Below are positions 46,405 through 56,223 of a stretch of 64,000 nucleotides of DNA, piece after piece (position 1 is the stretch's first letter; each line of letters starts with the position of its first letter). Below the pieces are notes generated by a model. That model was not told the origin of the DNA and searched no databases. It was given only the letters and a program-made list of their open reading frames with translations. Source of the stretch: Bacilli bacterium (GTDB lineage Bacteria; Bacillota_I; Bacilli_A; RF39; UBA660); contig JAUVZX010000001.1 in NCBI GenBank assembly GCA_030602345.1, positions 131,251 through 195,250 of the forward strand. Reading direction: 5' to 3'. The translations under genes and the position numbers were made by a program.

Positions 46405-46817
46405 ATAAAATATATGTATAAAGATAAGCTGCACCAAGTAAGTAAAGTGGGTATTGGTTTATTAAGGTTTTTTAATAGAATGTAAGGGTTTACATTTTAT
46501 AATGGTGCAGTTGGTTTCACATCTTATATGTACTTTATTCATACAACTACATTATAAGAGTTATTTTTAGTTAAATTAAGTTATAATTGTGTAAAATTAT
46601 GGGATTTTTATTATTACCTCCTCTCACTTCAATCATCATTATATTATTTAAGTTAGTTATATTTTTAAATTTCTAGAATATCGATTACCAACTCCTATCT
46701 AGTACTTATCTTGTGTACAATTTCATTTTATTATCTTTTTTTGGAAATAATATGGGAAAAATTTGGGAAATTGCCCATTTAAGTATTTATGGTATAATAA
46801 ATATATATGGAGGATCT

Positions 46818-47471
46818 ATGAAAAACGTTTATTTACTTAATAATATGAGCACTGATAACGAAATAAAAAAAGAATTAAAATATATTAATTCAGTTGACAC
46901 TATATCTGTAATTGCAGGAGACTTTAATAATTATGAGCACAATACTAAAGCTTTAGAAAAACTTATTAATTGGTTAGAACAAGTTGAAATTAAATACAAT
47001 TATATTTATATGATTGATAATAGACACAATCTTGGAAACAAACAAAGATTACTTGATGCAAGTGATATGATAATTGTTATGGATGGATTACCAACTAAAC
47101 AAATCAAACACATTAATGAAGCTAAAATAAATGCTAATCTACTAAACAAAGGAATTTATATTGGCTTAGGATATGGTGCTACTAACTTAGGAGACAATAT
47201 CAACTTGGCTAAAAACGAACAAAGAAACATTTTAGAGCATACATCATATAGAGGAATTGGAATTATTGACTTTAACATAGAACCTCACTTTGATGAAATG
47301 GATTTATTTCATAATGCTAATGAATTAATGCCAAATAATATCTTTAATGAAACACTATTTTTAAGTAAAGATTCTGGAATTGTCACGGGAGATAATATAA
47401 CTTATATAAACAATGTATATAAAGCTAATTTTGGACAATTAGAAAAATTAAACCAAAGCAAAAGGAAGTAA
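46818..47471 (+). CDS. Hypothetical protein, peptidase S51/PepE-like fold suspected (no catalytic Ser motif seen)
   Basis: The start was placed at MKNVYLL (RBS GGAGG). Weak resemblance to the type-1 glutamine amidotransferase-like PepE fold (…IYIGLGYGATNLG…). Confidence 0.3.
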   Translation: MKNVYLLNNMSTDNEIKKELKYINSVDTISVIAGDFNNYEHNTKALEKLINWLEQVEIKYNYIYMIDNRHNLGNKQRLLDASDMIIVMDGLPTKQIKHINEAKINANLLNKGIYIGLGYGATNLGDNINLAKNEQRNILEHTSYRGIGIIDFNIEPHFDEMDLFHNANELMPNNIFNETLFLSKDSGIVTGDNITYINNVYKANFGQLEKLNQSKRK

Positions 47472-47483
47472 AAACTTCCTTTT

Positions 47484-47927
47484 TTATTTGTTTAAATGTT
47501 TTAAGGTAGACGCTATTTCTCTTTCAGTATCTTTTTTCTTAATTGCTTCTCTTTTATCATAAAGTTTTTTACCCTTTGCAATAGCAATTAAAATTTTAGC
47601 TCTATTATTCTTAAAATATAATTTCAAAGGAATAATAGTTTGTCCTTCTATATTTTTAGCATCTTTTAATCTAAGAATTTCTTTTTTATTTAATAGAAGC
47701 TTCCTCGTTCTAGTTTCTTCATGATTAAACACATTACCCTTGTCATAATGACTAATATGCATATTTAAAATATATGCCTCATCATTCTTTATAGTAATGA
47801 AACTCTCTTTTAAGTTAGCATTTCCTTTTCTAACCGACTTTATTTCAGTTCCTAAAAGAACAATGCCCGCCTCATAAGTATCTTTTATTTCATAATCGAA
47901 ACTTGCTTTACGATTTAGTATTTCCAC
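47484..47927 (-). CDS. smpB: SsrA-binding protein SmpB
   Basis: …NRKASFDYEIKDTYEAGIVLLGTEIKSVR…TRKLLLNKKEI… is canonical SmpB. Confidence 0.92.
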   Translation of the reverse strand: MEILNRKASFDYEIKDTYEAGIVLLGTEIKSVRKGNANLKESFITIKNDEAYILNMHISHYDKGNVFNHEETRTRKLLLNKKEILRLKDAKNIEGQTIIPLKLYFKNNRAKILIAIAKGKKLYDKREAIKKKDTEREIASTLKHLNK

Positions 47928-50028
47928 GTTTCTTTTCCATTCCCTTCAAAACAAAATCAATCGTCTTAGCTTCTTTATTAGCCGCTGCTACTACTACTTC
48001 TAATTCTTTACCAATTGAATACTTAACAGTACCACTTGTATTTTTGATTGACATTGTCTTTTGATCATAAGTAAAACGATCTTTACTATTATAATTTAAA
48101 TCTTCTAATCTTATTAAACCTTCAATTAAATTAGGAAGTCTAACAAATACACCAAACGATGTAACTGAAGATACTACACCATTAAATTCTTCCCCTATAT
48201 GTCTTTGCATATATTCAGCTTTTTTCATATCGTTAACTTCTCTTTCACATTCAACTGCTTTAATTTCTTGTGAAGAAGAGTGACTTGCAATAAATGCTGC
48301 CTTATCTGCCCATTTAGCATGATTTTCAGGAGTATCCTGTTTATTAAATAAGAATGTTCTTAATATTTGATGAACGGTAGTATCTGGAAATCTTCTAATT
48401 GGTGATGTAAAATGAGCATAGTTTTGTAAAGATAATCCATAGTGACCAATATTATTTGTACTATAAACCGCTTTTTGCATTGTTCTTAAAGCAAAGTCAG
48501 CAAATATTTCATAATTGGGTGTTTTCTTTAATTCTGCTAATAATAATTGGAATGCCTTTGGCATCTCTAAATCTGATTGTTCTTTTATAATTATTCCATT
48601 TAATTTAACAAAATTTAAAAAGTTTTGAACTTTTTCTTCACTTGGAGCAGCATGTATTCTATTAACAAAAGGATATTCCTTTTCCTCTGCTATAACTGAA
48701 ACAGCAATGTTAGCTTCAACCATGAAGTCTTCAATTAACATCTCAGCATCATCTCTAACACGCTTTACAACATCAATTGGAAATCCCGTTTCATCGACAA
48801 TAATTTTTACTTCATTAGTCTCAAAATCAATCATTCCATTTTTGGTTTTTTTAGCTCTTATTTTCTTAGCAAATTTATCCATCTTTAAAATGGTATCTAC
48901 AAACTCTTCATAACCCTTTGGAATTCTGCCATCCAAAATTTCATTAACTGCAGTATAAGTCATTCTCTTTTTAGAATGAATAACACTTGGATAAACTTTT
49001 CTATCAATAACACTTCCATTTGAATCATATTTTATCTCACAAGTTAATGTCAAACGATCAACACCTTCATTTAAAGAACAAATACCATTTGATAATTTAT
49101 GTGGAAGCATCGGAATAACTCTATCAGTTAAATAAACCGAAGTTCCCCTTTGTAATGCTTCATTGTAAATTGGAGTTCCCTCTTTAACATAATGGGTTAC
49201 ATCTGCAATATGAATTTTTGCAGTAAATGTACCATCTTCATTTTCAAAATATGATATTGCATCGTCTAAGTCTTTAGCATCTTCTCCATCAATCGTGAAA
49301 TTTAATTCATCTCTTAAATCTACTCTTCCAACTAAGTCTTCTTCTGTTACTTCTGTTTTAATTTTAGCAACTTGATCCATTACTTCTTTAGGAAAAACAT
49401 CATTTAATTTATGTTTTCTAACAATCGATAAAATATCTATTCCCGGATCATTTTTATGCCCTAAAACTTCTTCTACTCGACCTTTATACAAACCTTTAAC
49501 AGGCTTATCATCATATAATTTAACAACTACTTTATGACCGTTCATTGCACCTTTAGAAACTGCTGGGTCAATTTGAATTTGCATGTTAACTTTTTTATCA
49601 TCTAGATCAACATATCCCATGCCCGCTTTATAATAGAACTCTCCAACTAAACCATCTAAATTTCTTTTAGTTGTAGCAACAATTCTACCTTCTGATTCTC
49701 CAAATATTTCAATTAAAACTTCGTCATTATGCAAAGCTCCATTTAAATTATCCGAAGATATATAAACATCATTACCTGTTTCTAATTTAACGAATCCATA
49801 ACCTTTTCTATTAGCAATAAATGTTCCTCTTTTAAAATTAGTATATTTAAAATCAATATATTTTTGCTTATTAGTAAAATGAATTACATGATTAGTTACT
49901 AACTCATTTAATATTTGTAACATCTCTTTAAATTCTTGAGTTTTATTCAAACCTAAAAAACGTGCAATTTCTTCCCCCGTGTATGATTTATTATTCTCTT
50001 GTAAAAATTTTAATATTCTCTGCTTCAT
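47908..50028 (-). CDS. rnr: Ribonuclease R
   Basis: 706 aa with cold-shock-like N-terminal, RNB catalytic (…DGEDAKDLDDAIS…) and S1 C-terminal domains. Adjacent to smpB as in B. subtilis. Confidence 0.9.
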   Translation of the reverse strand: MKQRILKFLQENNKSYTGEEIARFLGLNKTQEFKEMLQILNELVTNHVIHFTNKQKYIDFKYTNFKRGTFIANRKGYGFVKLETGNDVYISSDNLNGALHNDEVLIEIFGESEGRIVATTKRNLDGLVGEFYYKAGMGYVDLDDKKVNMQIQIDPAVSKGAMNGHKVVVKLYDDKPVKGLYKGRVEEVLGHKNDPGIDILSIVRKHKLNDVFPKEVMDQVAKIKTEVTEEDLVGRVDLRDELNFTIDGEDAKDLDDAISYFENEDGTFTAKIHIADVTHYVKEGTPIYNEALQRGTSVYLTDRVIPMLPHKLSNGICSLNEGVDRLTLTCEIKYDSNGSVIDRKVYPSVIHSKKRMTYTAVNEILDGRIPKGYEEFVDTILKMDKFAKKIRAKKTKNGMIDFETNEVKIIVDETGFPIDVVKRVRDDAEMLIEDFMVEANIAVSVIAEEKEYPFVNRIHAAPSEEKVQNFLNFVKLNGIIIKEQSDLEMPKAFQLLLAELKKTPNYEIFADFALRTMQKAVYSTNNIGHYGLSLQNYAHFTSPIRRFPDTTVHQILRTFLFNKQDTPENHAKWADKAAFIASHSSSQEIKAVECEREVNDMKKAEYMQRHIGEEFNGVVSSVTSFGVFVRLPNLIEGLIRLEDLNYNSKDRFTYDQKTMSIKNTSGTVKYSIGKELEVVVAAANKEAKTIDFVLKGMEKKRGNTKS

Positions 50029-50086
50029 TTAAATACCTCAATAATATTATAAAGGAAATCAAAAAAAAAAGATATAAAAAAAGAGG

Positions 50087-51154
50087 CTATTCCTCTTCTT
50101 TATACTCAATTTCTTCAACTTCAACTTGATTAATTGAATTAAACCTTTTAGTGATTTTGTCAGTAGTAGTATGAATGTCTTTAACATCTTTACTAACTGA
50201 ATCAATGCTCCTAGATAATTTATCCCATCTTTCCTTATATCTTTTAAACTCACCATCTAAAAGTTGTAATTCTTGATGAATAACACTCGCATATTTATCT
50301 CTCTCTAAGTTTTTAATAATCATTTGAATAGTAGTTAAAGTGCTAATTAAAGTGGTCGGTGATGTAATCCAAACTCTCTTTCGATTAGCATAATCTAGCA
50401 AATCATGATGATAAGCATTTATTTCTGCAAAAACTGCCTCTGCTGGCAAAAACATAATTGCTTGATCAGCTGTTACTGAAGGAATTATATATTTACTGCT
50501 AATCGCATCAATATGCCTCTTAACGTCCATTTTAAACACTTTAGAAGCTTCATCTCTCACCTTTTGGTCTATTTCTCTATCTACCATCAAACGATAGTTC
50601 TCTAAAGGGAATTTAGAGTCTATCGCGATGCTACCCAAAGGACTTGGAGCAAACAAAATACAATCAACAATACTACTATTTGGAAGAGTATACTGCATCT
50701 TATATATTTTATCGTTATTAGCACCAAAAATATTAACCATAATAGTATTTAAGTTAACCTCTCCATATATACCACGACTCTTTTTATCCGTTAAAATACT
50801 TTGTAAATTAACAATGTCTTTAGACAAATCATCAATATGTTTTTGAGCCTCATCTATTTTAGATAATCTTTCTAAAATAGAAGTGAAAGTTTGATTCGTT
50901 TTCTTAAAATTTTCATCTAATCTTTCATTAACATTGTTATATATTAAATTCAAACGATGATCTATCTTATCACCAAGTAAATTAAAGTCATTATTCAATG
51001 TTCTAGAAAAATCACTCTTAAAATCGCCAATTTCTTTAATAAATGAATTTTCTAAACGATGCACCTTATCTGATACATGATCATCTTTCTTAGTTAACAC
51101 TAAAACTAATAAGACAATTACTACTATCAATAATACTAATAAAACATATTCCAT
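50087..51154 (-). CDS. rmuC: DNA recombination protein RmuC
   Basis: N-terminal TM helix, a coiled coil and the RmuC C-terminal domain. Confidence 0.8.
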   Translation of the reverse strand: MEYVLLVLLIVVIVLLVLVLTKKDDHVSDKVHRLENSFIKEIGDFKSDFSRTLNNDFNLLGDKIDHRLNLIYNNVNERLDENFKKTNQTFTSILERLSKIDEAQKHIDDLSKDIVNLQSILTDKKSRGIYGEVNLNTIMVNIFGANNDKIYKMQYTLPNSSIVDCILFAPSPLGSIAIDSKFPLENYRLMVDREIDQKVRDEASKVFKMDVKRHIDAISSKYIIPSVTADQAIMFLPAEAVFAEINAYHHDLLDYANRKRVWITSPTTLISTLTTIQMIIKNLERDKYASVIHQELQLLDGEFKRYKERWDKLSRSIDSVSKDVKDIHTTTDKITKRFNSINQVEVEEIEYKEEE

Positions 51155-51732
51155 TATTCAACCCCCATAATCTTTCTAATATACTCTGATATAAAATATA
51201 CTACTAATAATAGTATACCAATAATCATTAGTGTTTTACCATCACTAATACTGTCAACCAAACTTGTACCAATAAATCCCCAAAAATAAACAACTGATAT
51301 TTTAGCAATAGCTATCGCTACTAAAAACTTTTTAAAAGACATTTTAGATAAACCCGAAGCTATATTAATTGCAAAAGCAGGCGTAAAAGGAAGAGCAGTA
51401 ATCAAAACTAAATTAGATAATTTAATATGATTAAATTTATCTACTAATCGATAAGCTAAATGATCATCTTTAATATTCCTATAAAAATACTTATTTATTT
51501 TACCCCTAAATATATAAAATGAAATAATACATCCAATTATAGTTGAAACCCAAGCAATTATAAAACCGAAAAATTTACCGAAAACTAACATTGAAAAAGA
51601 AATAAATACTGCTAAAGGTAAAATGGGAATAATTGATTCAATAATAATTATTAAAGATGAAAAAAGAACTACAACATAAGGATTGTAATTAGTTGAAATT
51701 GCATGTAATAATTCTTCAATCATCTTTTCCAT
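51154..51732 (-). CDS. DedA/TVP38 family membrane protein
   Basis: 192 aa polytopic protein with DedA-type re-entrant motifs. Confidence 0.7.
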   Translation of the reverse strand: MEKMIEELLHAISTNYNPYVVVLFSSLIIIIESIIPILPLAVFISFSMLVFGKFFGFIIAWVSTIIGCIISFYIFRGKINKYFYRNIKDDHLAYRLVDKFNHIKLSNLVLITALPFTPAFAINIASGLSKMSFKKFLVAIAIAKISVVYFWGFIGTSLVDSISDGKTLMIIGILLLVVYFISEYIRKIMGVE

Positions 51733-51754
51733 GCTTTCATTATAATATAATTAA

Positions 51755-51779
51755 AACAAAAAGAAAAGAAGCAAAGCTT
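51755..51779 (-). terminator. Intrinsic terminator after the T4CP gene / right edge of conjugation module
   Basis: agaagc-ttt-gcttct hairpin followed by a T-rich run on the minus strand. Confidence 0.45.
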
Positions 51780-53975
51780 CTATTCTTCATCATCACTAAA
51801 GAAATCATCAAAGAATTGATCATCCGTTATTTTGAATGGCTTTTTCTCTGGTATAACTTTATCTTCTACCTTAATCGGTGTTTCTATTTTTGGTTCTACT
51901 CTAATATCTCTAGCTAAATCAACCATTTTTGTTTCCTTCAACGGTGTTCCTGATACCTCAAACTCATTTGGAACAATAAATTTAGGTTTAACTTCTTCCA
52001 CAACTGTTTTTTCTTCTATCATTGGCTCTGGAGCAACAAATTTTCTTTCTTCCATTATTGGTCTATCCTCAATGATTGATTGAGTGATAGTTTCAGGTTG
52101 TTGGAAAACAGTTCCACCATTTTCTTCCTCAGCCTCTTCGGCTGCTGCTATTCTAGCATCAATTCTTTTCATAATTGCATCTATATCAATTCCTGAGTCA
52201 AATGATGACATTGAATCAGCCTGACTATCAAAGAAGTTAGGAGCACCAAATGGTTTTTCCTTAGGTTTAGATTGATTTCTATTATCGACAAATTCTTTCA
52301 AATTAAATAATTTAAGAGGTCTAATTTCCCTTGGAGTAAACTCTGCTTTAGGGTATTTTTTACCCCAATTCATTTTATAATTAAATTCTAATTTAGTTTT
52401 AAATGGAGCTTTTCTAGTTCTTAAGATAACTGCCTCTCCCATTTTTAATTGTTGTAAATCACTTACAGTAATTAAAGGCGTTGAAGCTGTTTTATCTTTT
52501 TCTTTAGATTTCTTTTCTCCAGCCATTTTACTTATTTCTTCTAAAGCTGAAAGTTCACTACTAATTAAGTAAACTATGTTACCACAGTTACCCTTAATAG
52601 TTTCTCCATTTTCTTTACCATAAACTTGATAAAGCTGTGAATAGTTTTGAATAATAAATGTCATTCTAATCAATCTAGAACGAGCTGCTGTAACCATTGT
52701 AGTAACATCCTTTAAAGGAGGCATATTTGCAAACTCATCTAAAATGAAGTTAGTACGATATTTTAATTTACCATCTGGATTTTCTTGAGCAACATCGATT
52801 AACGATTCATAACATTGTTTAATAAATGTTGTAACTAAAGGATGGAGTGTTTTCTTCTCATCTTGCACAATCAAGAAAACTGCTGTTTTTTGTCTTCCAA
52901 TTCCCTTCATATTAATGTCATTATATGCTAACATTTCTGAAATATTTTCTCTTGCTGCAAATAATTTGATCTTTTGATAGAAAACAGCAAATATACTATT
53001 TTTAGTTTCCGCTGCTGCAACCAAAACACTCGCTAAGTTAACATAAGCGGGACTAGATGGATCTTTAGTTGAAAAATACTCTTTCAAGTAAGTTCCACTT
53101 CTAAATCTTTCTTCTCCTAAAGCACTCATTAAATTAATACTATTAATATTTATTTGTTCTTCAGTAGCATCTTCGAATAACGCTAATGCTAATCCAACAA
53201 AGTAATTAGCTGCTGTTTTTTCCCAGAAATCATCTGCTTTATTTTTTTCATCATATAAGATATTAATGGCTAAATCATCTAAAAGTTCAATTGCTTTGTC
53301 CTTATCACCACTTTTATATAATTCATAAGGAAGAATCAATGGATTCCATGCGGAACCTTTTTGTGGCTCACGAAAGTTTAGAACAATAACATTATATCCT
53401 CTTTTTCTAAGTTCAACAGCATTATCGCGGTAAATTTCACCTTTAGGATCGGTGATAATCATTGATTCCCCTTTCTTAGCTAAAAGCTTAACTAAAGGCA
53501 AAACGACTAATTGAGTTTTACCACTACCAGTAGAACCGATGACTAAGTTATGATATTCACCATTGTCTACCCATAACTCTTTACCATCATTAATAAGAGG
53601 AATTCCCGCTGCAGTTGTAACTTCTTCAGAGGGCAAAACTCTTGATAATTCTTTCTTCATATCTTTGTTTTTAGAAAAAGTGTTATATCCACCTTTATCT
53701 TTTTTACCAAAAGTGAATCCAAATCCTTCTTCCATTTCGAAAAACATAGACGATCCTTGAGTAAGAATCAATCCTAAAGAAAGTAAATAAAGAGATATAG
53801 TTGGCCATATAAATTCATCTGTAAAAACTTTTAATGGATTAAATCCATGAAGCGTTGTATCGCTAGCAAATTGAAATAAATTCAACACAACTAACGACAC
53901 TAAATAAAACATTACAATCAATAGAATTATAAATGCCCATAAATGTTTAGCCTCTGCCTTAATTCTTAATTTCAT
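51780..53975 (-). CDS. Type IV secretion coupling protein (VirD4/TraG/TraD family T4CP)
   Basis: Two N-terminal TM helices, Walker A VIGSTGSGKTQ and TraG-family blocks (…ITDPKGE…, …FILDEFAN…). Extended acidic C-terminal tail. Confidence 0.85.
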   Translation of the reverse strand: MKLRIKAEAKHLWAFIILLIVMFYLVSLVVLNLFQFASDTTLHGFNPLKVFTDEFIWPTISLYLLSLGLILTQGSSMFFEMEEGFGFTFGKKDKGGYNTFSKNKDMKKELSRVLPSEEVTTAAGIPLINDGKELWVDNGEYHNLVIGSTGSGKTQLVVLPLVKLLAKKGESMIITDPKGEIYRDNAVELRKRGYNVIVLNFREPQKGSAWNPLILPYELYKSGDKDKAIELLDDLAINILYDEKNKADDFWEKTAANYFVGLALALFEDATEEQININSINLMSALGEERFRSGTYLKEYFSTKDPSSPAYVNLASVLVAAAETKNSIFAVFYQKIKLFAARENISEMLAYNDINMKGIGRQKTAVFLIVQDEKKTLHPLVTTFIKQCYESLIDVAQENPDGKLKYRTNFILDEFANMPPLKDVTTMVTAARSRLIRMTFIIQNYSQLYQVYGKENGETIKGNCGNIVYLISSELSALEEISKMAGEKKSKEKDKTASTPLITVSDLQQLKMGEAVILRTRKAPFKTKLEFNYKMNWGKKYPKAEFTPREIRPLKLFNLKEFVDNRNQSKPKEKPFGAPNFFDSQADSMSSFDSGIDIDAIMKRIDARIAAAEEAEEENGGTVFQQPETITQSIIEDRPIMEERKFVAPEPMIEEKTVVEEVKPKFIVPNEFEVSGTPLKETKMVDLARDIRVEPKIETPIKVEDKVIPEKKPFKITDDQFFDDFFSDDEE

Positions 53976-53983
53976 ATGACCTC

Positions 53984-54634
53984 CTATATAAATTTTTTAT
54001 TCTTTTGTTTTATTGTTAAATATATACCAACAATCAATAACATTATTGGTCCGAAAACTAATGCTAATACAACCATAAAGTTATCAAAAATTGAAGTACT
54101 TGCACTAGCACTAGTTAAATCAAGTTCAAAACTAATTGGTTTATTATTACTTAATTTCAATTCCCATATATGAACATTATTATCACTTTTATCAGCATTA
54201 CTATTTTCTATTTCAAATGGTGACTTAATAATTAGTTTTAAATTATCTACTTCACCAAAACACTCGAAGTTACCATTAGTGTTGAATATTACCTTATCAT
54301 CTTTCTTTTCAATAGTTGTTTTACTATAACAACTAGTAACAAATGGAGTCCAAGCTAAATATTCATCATAACTAGATTTATTATTAAATTTTAATCCTGA
54401 TAAAGTATCACCTATAACTTTTTCTTTAGAATATACATACATCGGATTAGTTATCTCATCATTCATCCAAATTATAAATTGGAGTTCTGATTCTAAATCT
54501 TCGCCGATTAATTCATTTTCCTCTAAAACAGTTATATTTTCATCGATAAAATTACCATCAATAGTTACTTCATAAGTAACGCTACATCCAGTCAAAAGAA
54601 ACATAAACATTAAAATTAGTAGTTTCTTTACCAT
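53984..54634 (-). CDS. Conjugation-associated lipoprotein, hypothetical
   Basis: Lipobox LLTGC (MVKKLLILMFMFLLTGCSV) and a C-terminal TM helix, translationally coupled between the hydrolase and the T4CP. Confidence 0.5.
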   Translation of the reverse strand: MVKKLLILMFMFLLTGCSVTYEVTIDGNFIDENITVLEENELIGEDLESELQFIIWMNDEITNPMYVYSKEKVIGDTLSGLKFNNKSSYDEYLAWTPFVTSCYSKTTIEKKDDKVIFNTNGNFECFGEVDNLKLIIKSPFEIENSNADKSDNNVHIWELKLSNNKPISFELDLTSASASTSIFDNFMVVLALVFGPIMLLIVGIYLTIKQKNKKFI

Positions 54635-56202
54635 CTTCCACCACTACACACATTTCTTGCTTGTATACATACATTGGCATCTTCTCTATAAGGAGTGCAA
54701 CCCTTAGCATATAAAAACTCTTCAGGATTATATGTTTGTTTTTTACCACTTAATAATTCAAAATGTAAGTGGGTCGCTGATGAGCAACCAGTATCTCCCA
54801 TGACACCAATAAACTCGCCTGATGCTACTGTAGAACCAATCATTAAATTAGGCGCCACTGAATCTAAATGGACATATTTAGAATAAAATTTTTCTACTTT
54901 TCCATCTATCATAATTTCATGTTCTAATGTTACTATTCCTGCAGGACATTGAGAATAAAAACATATTGGTTTTCTAGTCCATACTGGTCTACAATTAATT
55001 CCACTGCGGTTAATTGCAACTACTTTTCCTGGAGCAACCGCATAAAGAAGAGGCTTACCACCATTGTTTCCTATATCAACACCAGCATGCGAATTACAAT
55101 TATTTGGTCCATAAAAACCAAAACATCCCGTCTGCCTACAAGGTTGAGTCCCTAAAGGACTAACTAATATATCTAACATTTCTTGAGGTATTGCTCCTGC
55201 TTTACCTGAACCAGAAATTGTTTCACCCTGTAAATAAGTTATATCTTGAACAGCAAAAGCATTTCTAATTGAATAAACCTCTTCAATAACACTATCAAAG
55301 AAAGCTCCTTGCCCTTCGTTAGGAATGGCAACATCTATGCTCCTTAATTTATCTTCAATATAATTTTCTTTTATCCATTTATCATATTCAGCCTTTGTTT
55401 TCAACATGTAAACATCTTCTTCTGATACGGTAAAACTCATTGTTTTAGTTAATAAACATCCCTTGTCATCTTTTGCACATACTGTCTTATCTTCAAAAGA
55501 CTGTGGCTTATCTATTTTAAAACAAACATTGTTACATGTAGAATCACTTCCACAAACTTTAGAATCGTTTTCTTTAGTTGTCGTTGTTGAATCACAATCA
55601 CCAAATCCTTGAACTATAACTTGCCCGCTAGGTAATGTTTCAGTAATTAATTGACATTGATTTTTACGTATAACTGTTGTTTCAGTACAAGTATAAATCA
55701 TATTTTTATAAATCATATTATCGATTAATTCTACAGCTTCTTTTTCTAACGCCTTATAATTTAATTTTTTTTCTTCAAAACAATCTTCTAACTCTTCCTG
55801 AGTACATTCAATATTGGCAGCATCAGGATCACCATAGTATATGAATGCTAATACTAGGTTCATGTCTACCGCTACTCCACGGTCTTCCCAATATTCTTTT
55901 CTTTCTTCTAAAACATCAACAAAAGCTTGCAATTCAGGACTTCTGATTTCTTTACCACTTTCGTCTAATCTAGAGTTATTACCTCCAAAGAAAGACATAA
56001 ACGGTGCTAAAACAACTGCTAAAATTATAATTACTGCAAATAAAGGAATTAATATAGGGATTGCTGAAACAAAAGCAGTTGCTAACCACATTTTAAATTT
56101 CGATTTTATTGCACCACCAAGAAAACTGGTGACACCACCAGCTTGATCGACTTGATTCAAAGTATTTTTAAAGTTTTTGAGCCCGTTTAAAAAGTTTTTC
56201 AA
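54628..56202 (-). CDS. Membrane-anchored M23 peptidase (T4SS cell-wall hydrolase, CwlT/TcpG analog)
   Basis: N-terminal TM helix, a Cys-rich middle region and a C-terminal M23 domain with HxxxD (HAGVDIG) and HxH (THLHFE) motifs. Confidence 0.75.
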   Translation of the reverse strand: MKNFLNGLKNFKNTLNQVDQAGGVTSFLGGAIKSKFKMWLATAFVSAIPILIPLFAVIIILAVVLAPFMSFFGGNNSRLDESGKEIRSPELQAFVDVLEERKEYWEDRGVAVDMNLVLAFIYYGDPDAANIECTQEELEDCFEEKKLNYKALEKEAVELIDNMIYKNMIYTCTETTVIRKNQCQLITETLPSGQVIVQGFGDCDSTTTTKENDSKVCGSDSTCNNVCFKIDKPQSFEDKTVCAKDDKGCLLTKTMSFTVSEEDVYMLKTKAEYDKWIKENYIEDKLRSIDVAIPNEGQGAFFDSVIEEVYSIRNAFAVQDITYLQGETISGSGKAGAIPQEMLDILVSPLGTQPCRQTGCFGFYGPNNCNSHAGVDIGNNGGKPLLYAVAPGKVVAINRSGINCRPVWTRKPICFYSQCPAGIVTLEHEIMIDGKVEKFYSKYVHLDSVAPNLMIGSTVASGEFIGVMGDTGCSSATHLHFELLSGKKQTYNPEEFLYAKGCTPYREDANVCIQARNVCSGGRW

Positions 56203-56223
56203 AAAATCACGTCCTTATTTCTT

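Noticed and set aside
51733-51779. Possible ICE attachment site / direct repeat at the T4SS module boundary
   Set aside because: Only a terminator hairpin is evident. I cannot find a matching repeat elsewhere in the window, and the other end of the element is outside the window. This is left as an open question rather than a feature.
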